From Mobula hypostoma (taxonomy: Eukaryota): 64,000 bases of DNA. The stretch covers positions 25,048,001 to 25,112,000 of the forward strand of contig NC_086106.1 in NCBI RefSeq assembly GCF_963921235.1, given 5' to 3'. The position numbers and the translations under genes are program-made. A model generated the notes under the pieces. The model was not told where the DNA came from and did no database searches. It worked only from the letters and a program-made list of their open reading frames with translations. Positions 49,514 to 62,289 of the stretch are shown here, one piece after another (positions within the stretch are counted from its first letter, which is position 1; the number at the start of each line of letters is the position of its first letter).

Positions 49514-51100
49514 GACAGGATCTCTCGGTTGCCACCCAAATCAACTCTGCTTCACATTTCCCTTCCGAGATGTCCATGCATGGCGTCCTCTACTGCCATG
49601 ATGAGGCTAAACTCAGGTTGGAGCAGCAACACCTCATATACCGTTTGGGTAGTCTCCAGCCCCTTGCTATGCACATTGAATTCTCCAACTTCCGGTAATT
49701 CCCTTCTCCCCCTTCCCCCAACCCTGCTTTACTCTGCCCCCTCCCCCAGCTGCCTATCACCTCCCTCATGGTCCGGCTTCCTTCTACTACCCAGTGTGTT
49801 TTCCCCTATTCCTTTTTCACCTGTTCTGCTTATCCCTCCATGCTTCCCCTTCCATACCCCTTTATCTTTTCCCGTTCTGGTTTTTCACCTGGCTCCAACC
49901 AGCCTTCTCCTTCCCACCTTTCCCCCACATTTTTTAGAGGGACTGTTCCCCCTCCCTCTTCAGTCCTGACGAAAGGTTCCGGCCCGAAACGTTCACTGAG
50001 CATTTCTCCTCCACCGTGTTGTGAGTGTAGCTCTATACACCGTCCCCACACATCTAGAGAAGCGGGTTGCTTATGTATGAATGCTGTTCTTGGACTACAG
50101 TTCAGCATTCAAAACTGTAATTCCCTCCAGGCTCAACAACAAGGTCAGAGACCTGGGCTTTCACCCTGCCTTCTGTAGCTAGATCCTGGACTTTCTGTCA
50201 GATCGCCGCCAGTGATAAGAGAGGGGTCCCTCACCACTGCCCCTCTGACCATGAACAGAGGTGGCCCAAATCTATTTGCTGAGGACACCACATGATGGAC
50301 CTAATCTCAAAAAATAATGAGGGAGTCTAGAGAGAACTATTCACCACCTGTGACATATTGGCATCAAGAAAACAACTTCTCTCGCAATGTTGCATAAACA
50401 AAAAAAAGCAAAGAAGCTGGTTGTGGACTACAGGCAGAATGGAGACAGGCTAACTACGATTGACATCAATGGATCTTTAAACCTCAAGTTCTTCGGCATA
50501 CAAATCACTGAGGATCTGACTTGGTCGGTACATACCGGTTGTGTACTAAAAAAGGCAAAACAGTGTATCCTTTACCTCAGAGGGTTGAAGAAGTTTGATA
50601 TTGAATTCCAGATCCCAAGAACGCTCTACTGGAGCACAAATCAGAGCATCCCGACTGGCTGCCTCGCTGCCTGGTGTTGGAACTGTACTTTCCTCAATCG
50701 CTGACCTCTGCAAGGAGCGGTGCGGACAGCGCATCTGTAGGTGCGACCTGCCCACTATTCAGGACATTTAGAAAGAGAGGTGTATAAAAAGGGCACGAAG
50801 GATGATTAGATTCCCAGGACATCCCAAGCACAACATGTTCCAGCTGCTACTGTCCGGGATACGGGACTGCAGCATAAAATCCAGGACCAACAGGATCCAG
50901 AACAGCGTCCTCCACCAAGCCATCAGACGTATTAACTCATGCTGATACAATTGTATTTCTATGTTATTTTGAGTGCCCTGTTGTACATCGTATTTATTAT
51001 ATATTTTTTTTAAATTACGCATTGCATATTTAAAAGGAAATATAACGTGAAGATATGTACTCCTCAAGTAAATGAAGGATGTAGGTAATAAAGTCAATTC
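49514..51100 (+). mobile_element. Penelope 3' end plus Rex1/Babar 3' end (paralog of 35104-36290)
   Basis: SMHGVLYCHDEAKLRLEQQHLIYRLGSLQP; KAKQCILYLRGLKKF. Confidence 0.8.
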
Positions 51101-53594
51101 TATTCGATTCAATTCATATTTCTTCTCTCTCACAGAAACAGACTCGATGCCGAAGTGTGCACTGTGATGTTTCTCTGCTACCTCATGCCCACAGCATTAT
51201 CCAAACTAGCATATCTGTTGTTCGGGGAGATTTCCACAGGACACTCTGCACAGGCTGTTTAAGTCCTTTGTCTTTCTTGTCACCCACTTTCCTGCCTCCG
51301 GTAACTCTGGTGCACCCACCATCTTTATGCCCAATCTATCACGCCCTCAGCCTTTCGAAACATTCAGCCAGTTCATCCAGTTCCAGCTTCCGCTCCATAA
51401 AACGATGTGTAGGAATCTGAAATTGCATGAATTTCATCCATGAGCAGTCGTCAGTGAGACTGGAGAACTCCGAGTCTTCTCTTCCAATATCCAGCAAGGA
51501 GTACATGCAAGTATAAGGTCTCGATAATGATTCCGGCCTGACAGGCCGAATGCTCACTCCTTCCCATACATACTGCATGGTCGCTGAGTTAGTACTGCAT
51601 TTTTTGTGTATTCCGTTTAAGTTACAGTTCATACTGAGCAAATATAAATAATGAAAGGAAATAACAGTAAACAAACTACGGGGAAAAATGCCTGCTACAT
51701 TTCTTATTCTCTTAATCGCGCCTAATCTCGCTGAAACATCGAAGAAGCAATTCCTCAAATGTATTTTTGTAACACTGTGTACTCCACCGACTGCCCTACC
51801 GCTTTCCCCTACCTTCTTCGAATTTGTTCTTGTTATTCAATCCATATCACTTTTCAAACACGAAAATGCCGCGAATTGGTGGGCTATGCATTCGAATCGG
51901 CGAACGGGAGAGAGCTCCGTCTTATCATCTTTGCGATCTCCAGTTGGCAGCAGTTTCAAACACCAAACCGCCGCGAGTAGATGCCTTATTTTCTCAATCG
52001 GCGAACCTGTCAGAGCTATATTTTCTCACGCTTTGTATCTCCGATAAGCTCTGGTTAAAAGATCAAACAGTCGCCAGTTGATGCAGTGTATACTCAATAG
52101 GCAAACTTGAGTGAGCTCCGTCCCAACACGGTTCGGATCTCCAACTGGCGGGAATTTAAATACATATTTCATTAATTTCCATTTCCAAGAGGTCACTTAC
52201 GCGATTGTTCATTGCACATCGTAGCCGAGATTTCACTTACATAATTTTCAATTTATTTATTTCTGTATTCATTAATTCAACCATTCATTTATTCATCTGT
52301 TGATTAAATAACTACATAATTAAATATTTTATTGTTTCTTTATTTATTTGCTAAAATTTCAGTACAGTTGGTGGCGTAATATGCAAGATTATAAAAGACA
52401 AATCAGTAACTATGGAGGTACAAGGAAATTAAAGCTCTGCAGACTATTTGTGGTGAGATCTCAGCGAACCCCAATCTAATCACAAAACCCTAGACAAATC
52501 TACGTTCAAAAGTAAAACAGTGTATTAGTCTTCCTATTCGACTGTGGCACTTTGCATTTCCACTTTTCCCTCAACCATGAGCTTTTTTCCAGTCTCACCA
52601 GTATTAAATACATATTTTGCTATTTTATTGTAGGTCTGCAGAGCAGTACCTCACATTCGATGTTATTTGTTGCATTTGCCTTGCGGATGCGCTGAGCTTC
52701 TCTTTGTTTTCTTCTGGCCTCTTTAACCCGAGGTTTATTCAGTTAGAACAGAGAAAATAGTGCAGTACAGCATAACGTTGAGCCTTCGGAATACGGTGCG
52801 GAAGAGACCGATATAAGTCAGTTCAAGATCCTTCTAACGTTTCGGCACACCTTGCACTTACATTTGTCCTCAATTTATCCTATATCAATAAGGCAGCAAT
52901 TTTCTCCAATATCAGTTATCAGTCTCTACCTACAGCAGTTGCTGCGGAGTCTAGAATTTTACAGGAGGTTTGCATTGGAATTCTCCAAGAATGATGATAA
53001 TAATAATAATAATAAAATAATATCAACAACAACATATCAATAATAATACGATATAACCACTAACATCTCACTAAAACTGTCTTCCACTCAATTTACTGCA
53101 AAGCTGCGGACTCTTGCACTGTCTTTTGCCGCAGTGGATATCAACTTCATTTTATCCGCAACAGACTTCCAGATTTTCCAAACCCCTGGAGACAAACGAC
53201 AAGATTGACATCGAATGTGAGCAGAAGGGAAAGAAGGGTTTTCTGTTTTACACCGTTGGTCAAGCACACTCAGTTTGAAACTGTTTGGCGGCAGATTTCC
53301 TCTCATCCATACTTTCTGTGCAATAAAAGCAGCCATGAGGAATTTGTGCATCCAAAGGCTGAATGTGCCATCACACTCTTCCAAGGCTGAGGGAGAGTTT
53401 GTCAGCTCGTCCCGCGTACATGCCGTCAAGATCAGAGCATAGACTGATTTCAGTCACAAAATATAAGAACTGAAACATACTTGAAAACTCGGGGCACACG
53501 TTACAACATCAATAAAGAACAAATAACTTTTTTTTCCAGAAAAAAAAAAATTCATCAATTTATAGGCCATCTCCGTCACACAGGTTGAACGATA

Positions 53595-53617
53595 GGAAGT
53601 CATGGGTGGGGCTTCCT
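53595..53617 (+). promoter_or_regulatory. Candidate promoter module, cassette B (ETS - GT box - inverted ETS)
   Basis: GGAAGT-cat-GGGTGGGG-CTTCCT; function is inferred. Confidence 0.45.
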
Positions 53618-53776
53618 CACTTGGTTCAAAGACACGAAACAGAATCAAAACCAACAACTGTCACTCAACAACCTGTTGTTAACAGTTTACTCTCCGTATT
53701 TGCAGTACATTCTACCATAACCTTGCTGGCCGTGGGCTTCATCTCCTCGACACTTCAGCAATATTCCTTGTTGACG

Positions 53777-53819
53777 ATGGGAGTCTTCTTTGTTTTCACA
53801 CTCTGGCTCTGCTTACGGC
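53777..53819 (+). CDS. NAR-TCR V leader exon, cassette B
   Basis: Identical to 38581-38623; GTGAGT donor. Confidence 0.93.
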
Positions 53820-53954
53820 GTGAGTACGTTTCACACATCCACATTACATTTACTTTAAATCTGTCTGAGCCCTCTGAGATTCAACCGGCTTAGATTATTC
53901 GTGCGGTTCGTCTGTGACTGCAACTCACATTTCTCCGTTTTTTTTTATTCCCAG

Positions 53955-54248
53955 GTTCACTGAGTCAGTCGGTGACTCAGAGCCCGTACATTGTAAACTT
54001 GAATGAGTGTCAGACTGCCACCATCACCTGCAATTTCCAGCCCGGTTCTTCTGATGAATATCGCTTTCTCACTGGAAAATTCTTCAGGCAGACCAATTCA
54101 GCGGCCGAACGGAAAGAGGTCACCCGCGGGGGGAGATTTGTTACTTGGGTTAAGAAAACTGATATGGAGTTTTCTTTGGCAATTCGGGACCTGCGAGTGG
54201 AAGACAGCGGTACCTACTACTGTCAAGCTATGTACAGATCGCGTGAAG
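53955..54248 (+). CDS. NTCRV: NAR-TCR V exon, cassette B
   Basis: 294 nt like copy A, open frame, 13 aa differences from A, FR1 Cys at 54008-54010. Confidence 0.95.
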
Positions 54249-54286
54249 CACAATGATGGGCTTCGGCTTCGCGCTATACAAAAACT
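54249..54286 (+). other. V RSS (CACAATG-22-ACAAAAACT), cassette B
   Basis: Counted directly. Confidence 0.95.
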
Positions 54287-54612
54287 TCCGCTGTAGCTTA
54301 TTCCTGATTCAGACGGAGCAGAATGGATCTACGGGTTAGCTCATCTTCCTGTCTCGCTGTGGATCCGTCCTGCAGTCCAGCTAACTGTCAGTTTTTTTTT
54401 GTTTGTTTTTTTTTTCCGAATCGTTTACAGTCTTTATGTTCCCATATCGCGTGTGCAAAGATGAGGTGTGTGTCAATAAATGTCGACAGCGAATTAAAAA
54501 AAACACATTCTTGTCGCCAACGAGAGACAGAATCGTTCCTGAACAATTGGAACCAGAAAACGCCAGCGCTGCGAATTTAATTCCTGCTCGACTCTTTCAT
54601 TGATTCGCCAGC

Positions 54613-54684
54613 AGATTTCAAATTCACATAAGGTACTGTGTACATTTCGGAACGAACACAGTGGAAGAGATCTGTACCAAAATA
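54613..54684 (+). CDS. NTCRD: NAR-TCR D segment B (coding 54641-54656, TACATTTCGGAACGAA) with 12/12 RSS
   Basis: AGATTTCAA-12-TACTGTG on the 5' side; CACAGTG-12-ACCAAAATA on the 3' side. Confidence 0.86.
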
Positions 54685-55035
54685 GAAAATAATAAATATA
54701 TAAATAACTAATTATTTAAACGAGTTGTTCTCCATATCCCATACAAAAAAAAAATGCTAACCTGGAGTTGTTCACCTTCTAATCTGTTTAGTTTATTTTA
54801 AATTTCCATATTGCATATGTATTTTGATTGACATGTATGCTATGCGTTTTTTTTTCTTTTCGGTGTTGGTGTGCGGTGCGTGTACCTATTTTGTTTAAAC
54901 TTGGTCTTGCTTTCTCACAACGAATCTATCGAACTGCGGGCAAATGGGGATTATTCTTGCTCGGTGTTGCATTAACAACCCTCGAAACATTGGGAAGCCT
55001 ATTGTAGCGTTTCCTAAGCGGATTCACGTGAGTGT

Positions 55036-55132
55036 AGCTGTTGTATAGTGGAGACTGAGAACAGGATCATTGTGTATGATTGGAGGACTGATCCTCTAGA
55101 TGGAAACGGAACAACGGTCACGGTCAGACCCG
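55036..55132 (+). CDS. NTCRJ: NAR-TCR J segment B (coding 55075-55132, YDWRTDPLDGNGTTVTVRP) with 23-RSS
   Basis: AGCTGTTGT-23-CATTGTG; G|GTAAGT donor. Confidence 0.93.
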
Positions 55133-55425
55133 GTAAGTATCCAGAGACATCTACCATTCTTCAAATATCTCACCCATTTTCACTATCCTTTGATAGATGA
55201 TCGATTCGATTGATTTAAAATCTTGTGTTGTGATTCTGTAAACTGAATCTACACTCACCGTGTAGAAAGGCAAGGTGGTAAACTGAATTAACAGAGGGAG
55301 ATGAAGAGGGAAATTTCTGCAATGAGTAAGGATGAAATGCTCACAGAATGAATCCAACCGACTGCTGTCAGACTGTGGGAAAAATTGTTAGCAGCTTAAG
55401 GCATAACCCGCAAGCAGAATATATA

Positions 55426-56923
55426 ATTTTTCAAAACTCGTTAGATTCTGGACTAGTTCCTGGGGATTGGAGGGTGGCTAATGTAACCCCACTTTTTAAA
55501 AAAGGAGGGAGAGGGAAACCAGGGAATTATTGACCGGTTAGCCTAACGTCGGTGGTGGGGAAACTGCTGGAGTCAGTTATCAAAGATGTGATAACAGCAC
55601 ATTAGGAAAGCGGTGAAATTATCGGACAAAGTCAGCATGGATTTGTGAAAGGAAAATCATGTCTGACGAATCTCATAGAATTTTTTGAGGATGTAACTGG
55701 TAGAGTGGATAGGGGAGAACCAGTGGATGTGGTATATTTGGATTTTCAAAAGGCTTTTGACAAGGTCCCACACAGGAGATTAGTGTGCAAACTTAAAGCA
55801 CACGGTATTGGGGGTAAAGTATTGATGTGGATGGAGAATTGGTTAGCAGACAGGAAGCAAAGAGTGGGAATAAACGGGACCTTTTCAGAACGGCAGGCGG
55901 TGACTAGTGGGGTACCGCAAGGCTCAGTGCTGGTACCCCAGTTGTTTACAATACATATTAATGACTTGGATGGGAGAATTAAATGCAGCATCTCCAAGTT
56001 TGCGGATGACACGAAGCTGGGTGGCAGTGTTAGCTGTGAGGAGGATGCTAAGAGGATGCAGAGTGACTTGGATAGGATGCGTGAGTGGGCAAATTCATGG
56101 CAGATGCAATTTAATGTGGATAAATGTGAAGTTATCCACTTTGGTGGCAAAAATAGGAAAACAGATTATTATCTGAATGGTGGCCGATTAGGAAAAGGGG
56201 AGGTGCTACGAGACCTGGGTGTCATTATACACCAGTCATTGAAAGTGGGCATGCAGGTACAGCAGGCGGTGAAAAAGGCGAATGGTATGCTGGCATTTAT
56301 AGCGAGAGGATTCGAGTACAGGAGCAGGGAGGTACTACTGCAGTTGTACAAGGCCTTGGTGAGACCACACCTGGAGTATTGTGTGCAGTTGTGGTCCCCT
56401 AATCTGAGGAAAGACATCCTTGCCATAGAGGGAGTACAAGAAGGTTCACCAGATTGATTCCTGGGATGGCAGGACTTTCATATGAAGAAAGACTGGATGA
56501 ACTGGGCTTGTACTCGTTGGAATTTAGAAGTTTGAGGGGGGATCTGATTGAAACGTATAAAATCCTAAAGCGTATGGACAGGCTAGATGCAGGAAGATTG
56601 TTGCCGATGTTGGGGAAGTCCAGAACAAGGGGTCACAGTTTGAGGATAAAGGCGAAGCCTTTTAAGACCGAGATTAGGAAAAAAACTTCTTCACACAGAG
56701 AGTGGTGAATCTGTGGAATTCTCTGCCACAGGAAACAGTTGAGGCCAGTTCATTGGTTATATTTAAGAGGGAGTTAGATATGGCCCTTTTGGCTACGGGG
56801 ATCAGAGGGTATGGAGGGAAGGCTGGGGCGGGGTTCTGAGTTGGATGGTCAGCCATGATCATAATAAATGGCGGTGCAGGCTCGAAGGGCCGAATGGCCT
56901 ACCCCTGCACCTATTTTCTATGT

Positions 56924-56928
<5 letters not shown>
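55426..56928 (+). mobile_element. Relatively young 5'-truncated CR1 inserted in the J - supporting V intron of cassette B
   Basis: 270-aa RT ORF at 55645-56457 (YLDFQKAFDKVPH, GVPQGSVL, FADDTK). Absent from copy A; sits in a (TA)n tract. Confidence 0.92.
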
Positions 56929-56960
<32 letters not shown>

Positions 56961-57661
56961 TATATCACAGAGATACAAGAAAGAATGAATCTTGTTTTCT
57001 CCGATTTATTCTCAAGCAGTACAGTGAATTGCACAACCAATTGATGAAAAATTAAGAAAACAGAAGGGAGCAAAACCTTTATATCGCCGCGTGCTAAACT
57101 CCAACTGAAAATAAATCTTTGCCTTCAGCTACTTAAAAAATTATCTGACCAATATGTCCCGTTCAGTCTCATTACTGTGAAGAACATGTTACAGCGGAAG
57201 AGGCTGGAAGTTATGGGCGATATGTTATTTTAAAAAAAGAAGCAATGCTGGATGGAGAATCTATCATTTCGAAAAATAAAACAGGCAAATTCATCATTAT
57301 TCCGAATGAAACTGACCTTTAAAATAAACACCACAGAACTGATAAAAAGGACTTCGGCCCACTTTATGTTTGTAGGTTCTCTGCAATTGTTCCATGAAAT
57401 TAGTTCTTCCTTCTGAATAGCTGTCCAAAATATGAAACATGTTTTGATAATAGCAAGATGTCCGCAATTTAGGATGAGTCCCTGATTTTATTTCACTGCA
57501 GCAAATCAGATAATAATTGTCAACGGCAATAAATATTGTTTACTCACATTTCAAATGAAACAAGTTTGCGTGAAAGAAAAATCTCCTTAACGTATTTAGG
57601 ACGTTTTCTTTTCTGTCAGTTATCGATAAATCAGCAAAAATCTTGTTTTACATTCATACAG

Positions 57662-57964
57662 AATCCATTTCTCCAGCGTCTCAGACTCCTGAACTGCAAA
57701 CTACACTTGCCGATACTGCCATTTTAACCTGTGGATATGACCTGTATTGTCGCAGCACAATACATTGGTATCGCCAGCTTCCAGGGCAGGCACCCATATT
57801 CCTGCTCCAGGGTCAAACTTTTGGAGCACAAGATAAGACAAAAAATGCCGGAGAACGAATTACTGGTTTAGTCGATCCTGGTAAGAAAATCAGCCAGCTG
57901 ACGATCTCCAAAGTGCAACTGGGTGACGCTGCTGTGTATTACTGTGCAATGAGTCGGTTTGCAG
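57662..57964 (+). CDS. STCRDV: Leaderless supporting TCR-delta V exon, cassette B
   Basis: 303 nt like copy A, open frame, CDR1 Cys at 57748-57750, 9 aa differences from A. Confidence 0.94.
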
Positions 57965-58003
57965 CACTGTGATGCCGCGCATGGACAGCGCTGTTCAAGA
58001 ACT
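57965..58003 (+). other. Proximal 23-RSS of supporting V, cassette B (CACTGTG-23-TCAAGAACT)
   Basis: Identical to copy A. Confidence 0.9.
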
Positions 58004-58025
58004 AGGGTGATTCTCGTTACAAGCA

Positions 58026-58064
58026 CACAGTGCGAGTTAGCAGCGAGAGAACAATACAAAAAGT
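58026..58064 (+). other. Second (distal) 23-RSS, cassette B (CACAGTG-23-ACAAAAAGT)
   Basis: Consensus heptamer and 23-bp spacer retained although the 5' part of the spacer differs from A. Confidence 0.87.
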
Positions 58065-58939
58065 CATTTGGTTTTATCATATAAATACACCACAGCTGAG
58101 CACAGAGACAACGGCAAGAAACCGAAGTGTGGTTGGATTTTTAGTAGAATGATAACAGAGGAAATAAAAGTACCACGATCAACACCCAGAATATGCTGGG
58201 AGAAATCATTATGTCCTGATGGAAGTTCTTGGTTCGAAACCTCATTTCCATGGAAGTGGCCGTATCTACCAATTCCTCAAATTTCTACTTATCGAAGACA
58301 CACAACTTGCAAGAATATATTCCTGGAGCAAACAGGCACGATTGCCTTCAGGAAATTCGCATTTTAGATCAGAAGTGCGTAAGGGATAGCAACGGAATTG
58401 TGCCAATCAGCCTATCGAGTGTGGCCCGCCATTCCATCATTATTGTTTCCGGTTCCTAATACGTTCTCCAGTATATCCATGAGGTACATGCAATCTACCA
58501 GCTATTTTGAATGAAGGGACATCGCAAATCCGTTTGCGCCGTGTGAAAGTCGGCATAAAAGTAACGAACATTGAACCGTTACAAATTCCAAACAATAAAT
58601 CCGTACTCTATTGTTTTGCAATTATACGGCATCACGAACTACAGGTATCATTACGATTCCAGAAACATATAAACATAGAAAACCTACAGCACAATAGAGG
58701 TCCTTCGGCCCTCAAAGTTTTGCCGAACATGTCGCTACCTCAGAAATTACTAGGGTAACCTATAGCCTCTATTTTTTTTCTAATCTCCATGTACCTATAC
58801 TAAAGTCTCTTAAAATATCCTATCGTATCCGCATCCATCAGCGTTTCCGGCAGCCCATTCCACACAATCACCATTTTTTTGTGACAGCTCAGGGACGAAC
58901 TCCGGGGATTGGTTAGACATTGTAAGTTGTCCGATGATT

Positions 58940-59800
58940 AACAGTACGGAAACAGGCCATCTCGGCCCTTCTAGTCCGTGCCGGACTCTTACTCTCACCT
59001 AGTCCCACCGACCTGTACTAACCCCATAACTCTCCATTCCTTTCCTGCCAATATAACTGTACAGTTGAATTTTAAACCACAACATCGAACTTGCTTCAAC
59101 CACTTCTGCTGGAAGCTCGTCCCACACAGCTACCACTCTCGGAGTAAAGAGGTCCCCCCTTATGTTACCCAAAAACTTTTGCCCGTTTACTCTCAACACA
59201 TGTCCTCTTGTTTGAATCTCCCACACTCTCAATAGAAAAATCCTATACACGTCAACTCTATCTATCCGCCTCATAATTTTACATATCTCTACCCCTCAAA
59301 CTTCAACGTTTCAAAGAATAAAGACCCAAATCCTTCAACTTTTCTCTGTAACATACGTGATGAAACCCAGGTAACATTCTCGTAAATCTTCCCTGTACTC
59401 TCTCGATCTTGTTCTCGGTGTGAGAGAATATTTTGTCAGGACCCGGAAACTTATCCACTTGTATATTCCTTAAGAGCGCCAGTATTTCCTCGTCTTTAAT
59501 CATCATAGTTACCAGAACATCCCTACCTGTTTCCCTTACCTTACACAATTCAATATCCTTCTCCTCAGTGGTTACCGAGGAAAAGAATTTGTTCAGAATC
59601 TCCCCCATCTCTTTTGGCTCCACACATAGCTGTCCACTCTAATTCTCTAAGGGACCAATTTTATCCCTGACTATCCTTCTGCTATTAATATAACTGTAGA
59701 AACCTTTGGGATTTATGTTCACCTTACTTGCCAAAGCAAAGTCATATATTCTTTTAGCTTTTTTAATTCATTTCTTAAGATTCTTTTTCCTTCTTTATAT
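58940..59800 (-). mobile_element. CR1 ORF2 remnant (paralog of 42786-44620, further deleted)
   Basis: Minus ORFs 58999-59274 and 59303-59623; the latter is a fusion across an internal deletion. Confidence 0.8.
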
Positions 59801-62289
59801 TCCTCGATTAGGCTCCGGAAAAATCAGGGTTGTCAGTGGTTTCTGGGGTTGCGCAGTTCGAAGGGCTGGAGTGGGTTGTACTGCGCTGCATCATGAAATA
59901 AACAACTATATACACCTTGCAGGGAATTAAAACAACATTTACTAATGAAGACATATGGTACGTAAATAGGTGCATAATCGATTGCAAACAGACAACAGTA
60001 CTTAATGTATCTTATTTTCTCTAGAAACACTCAAATACCATTTTGAGTTTTTCGCTTCCAAACTGGGAATTTTATTTTAAACTCAATGGCCATTTAGAAC
60101 GTATTTTCGTAAACTGTTTATTTTTAATAAGATGAGTTGAAAGCGCGTGGAAAGCAATTCACAATTTAAATTGCAAATACCAACTACTCACCAGTCATTT
60201 CGTGGGAAGGAGAGTGAAACATCCTGGGAAATAGGTGATATCAGAAGCGAAGTGTTTACATCGATACTCTGCGACTCTACAGCTTACATCAGGAATCACA
60301 GGAATCAAAATGCAATGAACTGGTCGAACGCGTGTACGATCGTTAGTTAAGGAAGATATGCTTTCGAATCACAATGAGGAGCAAGCCTGCAGCCCGTTGT
60401 TACGAAGCAGAATCTTATTCTGGGAGAATTATCCCGAAGCCGGCAAAAGCTACTGTGGTGCCGATGAACAGGAAATCGGCTACAGGCTGCCAAAATAGAT
60501 GGTGAGTCTTTAATGAGGAGAGGCCGCAGTAGTTTTGAGAAAAGTTTCACTTGCCAATAGTTTCACAAAAAACAGTGAGAAATCAAAACGTGTGATACTG
60601 GTTAGTCCAAATTTTTTTCTGCATCTATGACCCGTATTCAATTCGCACCGTTGCTTGTAAAGAGATTGCACTTTCTCCCCGGACCACCTGGGATTCATGT
60701 CTGATCCTCTGGTTTTCTTTCAACAACCCGACGTCTGGTAATATTTAATAGGCTGATTGGTCGTTCTAAATTATAGCATTATTAGGTTAGGATTAGATCC
60801 GGTGTTTGCCGGGCTGCGTACCTCGATGTGCAGAAAGGGCAAATTCCTCACTGTGTATCCAAATATAAATAAATAATCAATCAAGAAAACAAACATAAGT
60901 AAATAAATAAGCATCGGTTTTCCCTGCAAATCTTACAGTGGGTGCGAAGTCGGCATGAATTTGTATTTTTAAGAAATTTATCCAAAGCTAACGAATGACA
61001 AATAATTTCAATTCAATGCTTACGCTATCTGTATTTTTGCAAAATCGATGAAACTGTACAGAATGCATGCCAGGAGCTCCTACAAAACTGCATCGATTGG
61101 TTAATCCCTCTCGCTGAAAAGATGTAACAAAAGTTCTCTACAACAACATATACTATTACACGTCCCTTATTTTGCCATTTTTAAATTAATTTCTGCCCAG
61201 TGTTCACAGTGAAGGTGCAGGAGGGTGAGTGTGGTCATGGTGCAATTTTTGCGTTACAGTCGCGACAGTCCAAGTCATGCATCGTAAATCTGTTAACTGC
61301 AGGAAACGGTTGAGTTTGCGACAGGCTTTCGATTTCAAATTTCCTTCTTGATCTTACCTTTGTGTACGTCTTGAATGTTGAGCGCCGATTACATAATATG
61401 AACAGAGGGATGCAATGAGAATATTGTCTTTTGAAAGATCATTTTGAAAATTTCAGTAATAAAACGAGAAAGTGCCAGATCCACGATATTATTCGGAAGG
61501 AATGTGATATTCCAGAGAGTACAGGTAATTAAGCAGTAAAGCTCGCCTGACTGGAAGTGCGAGTGACCGTCAATTTAAAGATCGGATTGGAATGTTCCTG
61601 AATAGTCTCATCCTCCTAGGATAGTTGAGTATTTATAGTAGTGGCAGAATGAGACGTAGTATCTGCTGAATTGTTTTAAACGCCATTACTTAGTTATTTG
61701 TTTGCTTCCTTGGTTACTTATCCTTTCCTCTTTATTTGCGGAACTATCAGTCTTCGTCTGTGCCATAATTTGTTACTTATTTTTTGAAAATATTTCTATT
61801 TATGTACTTAACATTCGTTTATGTGTTTATATATTTATCTATTTATGTTATTAATTCAGTAAGTGTGTTTCTTATTTGTTAATTAACTGATAATTATTTA
61901 TTTATGTATTATTTATTCCAACGAGGAGGTAGTCCTTCAGTATAAAACCATACCATGTTGACCAAAATTTATAATTCATACACGCTCCCTTTTCGGTGTC
62001 TCGGGAAGAGAAAAGTTCTACTTGGTAGATCAAAGCCGTAAGTTGCCTTAACTGTTTACTTAGAATTAACTTGAAGGCATTTTTGCAGCTGACCGACGGA
62101 TTTTTCAATAAAAAAAACACAGTAGCAGAAGAAATGTAAGCTTGCAGTATTTTGATGAAAATTTAAAAAGCCATTCTAAATCGAGGGAAATTATTCAGTT
62201 CCAGACTGAGTTCAATACACCATTTGATACCTTATTTCATTGGGCCGCTGTCATTTACTGATCCAAATATTTTCCCCGCTTGTTCGTTG

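Larger units (their letters stand above)
45273..49519 (+). mobile_element. Gmr1-like Gypsy LTR retrotransposon, internally deleted, 3' LTR truncated
   Basis: 5' LTR 45273-46136 (TG..CA); PBS at 46141; gag-pro; integrase remnant ahead of RT remnant; PPT AAAGGGGGGAAG at 49264-49275; 3' LTR starts at 49276. Confidence 0.9.

Noticed and set aside
53088-53429. 113-aa minus ORF upstream of leader B
   Set aside because: Not kept open in copy A; loosely resembles a decayed L1/Tx1 C-terminal zinc region.
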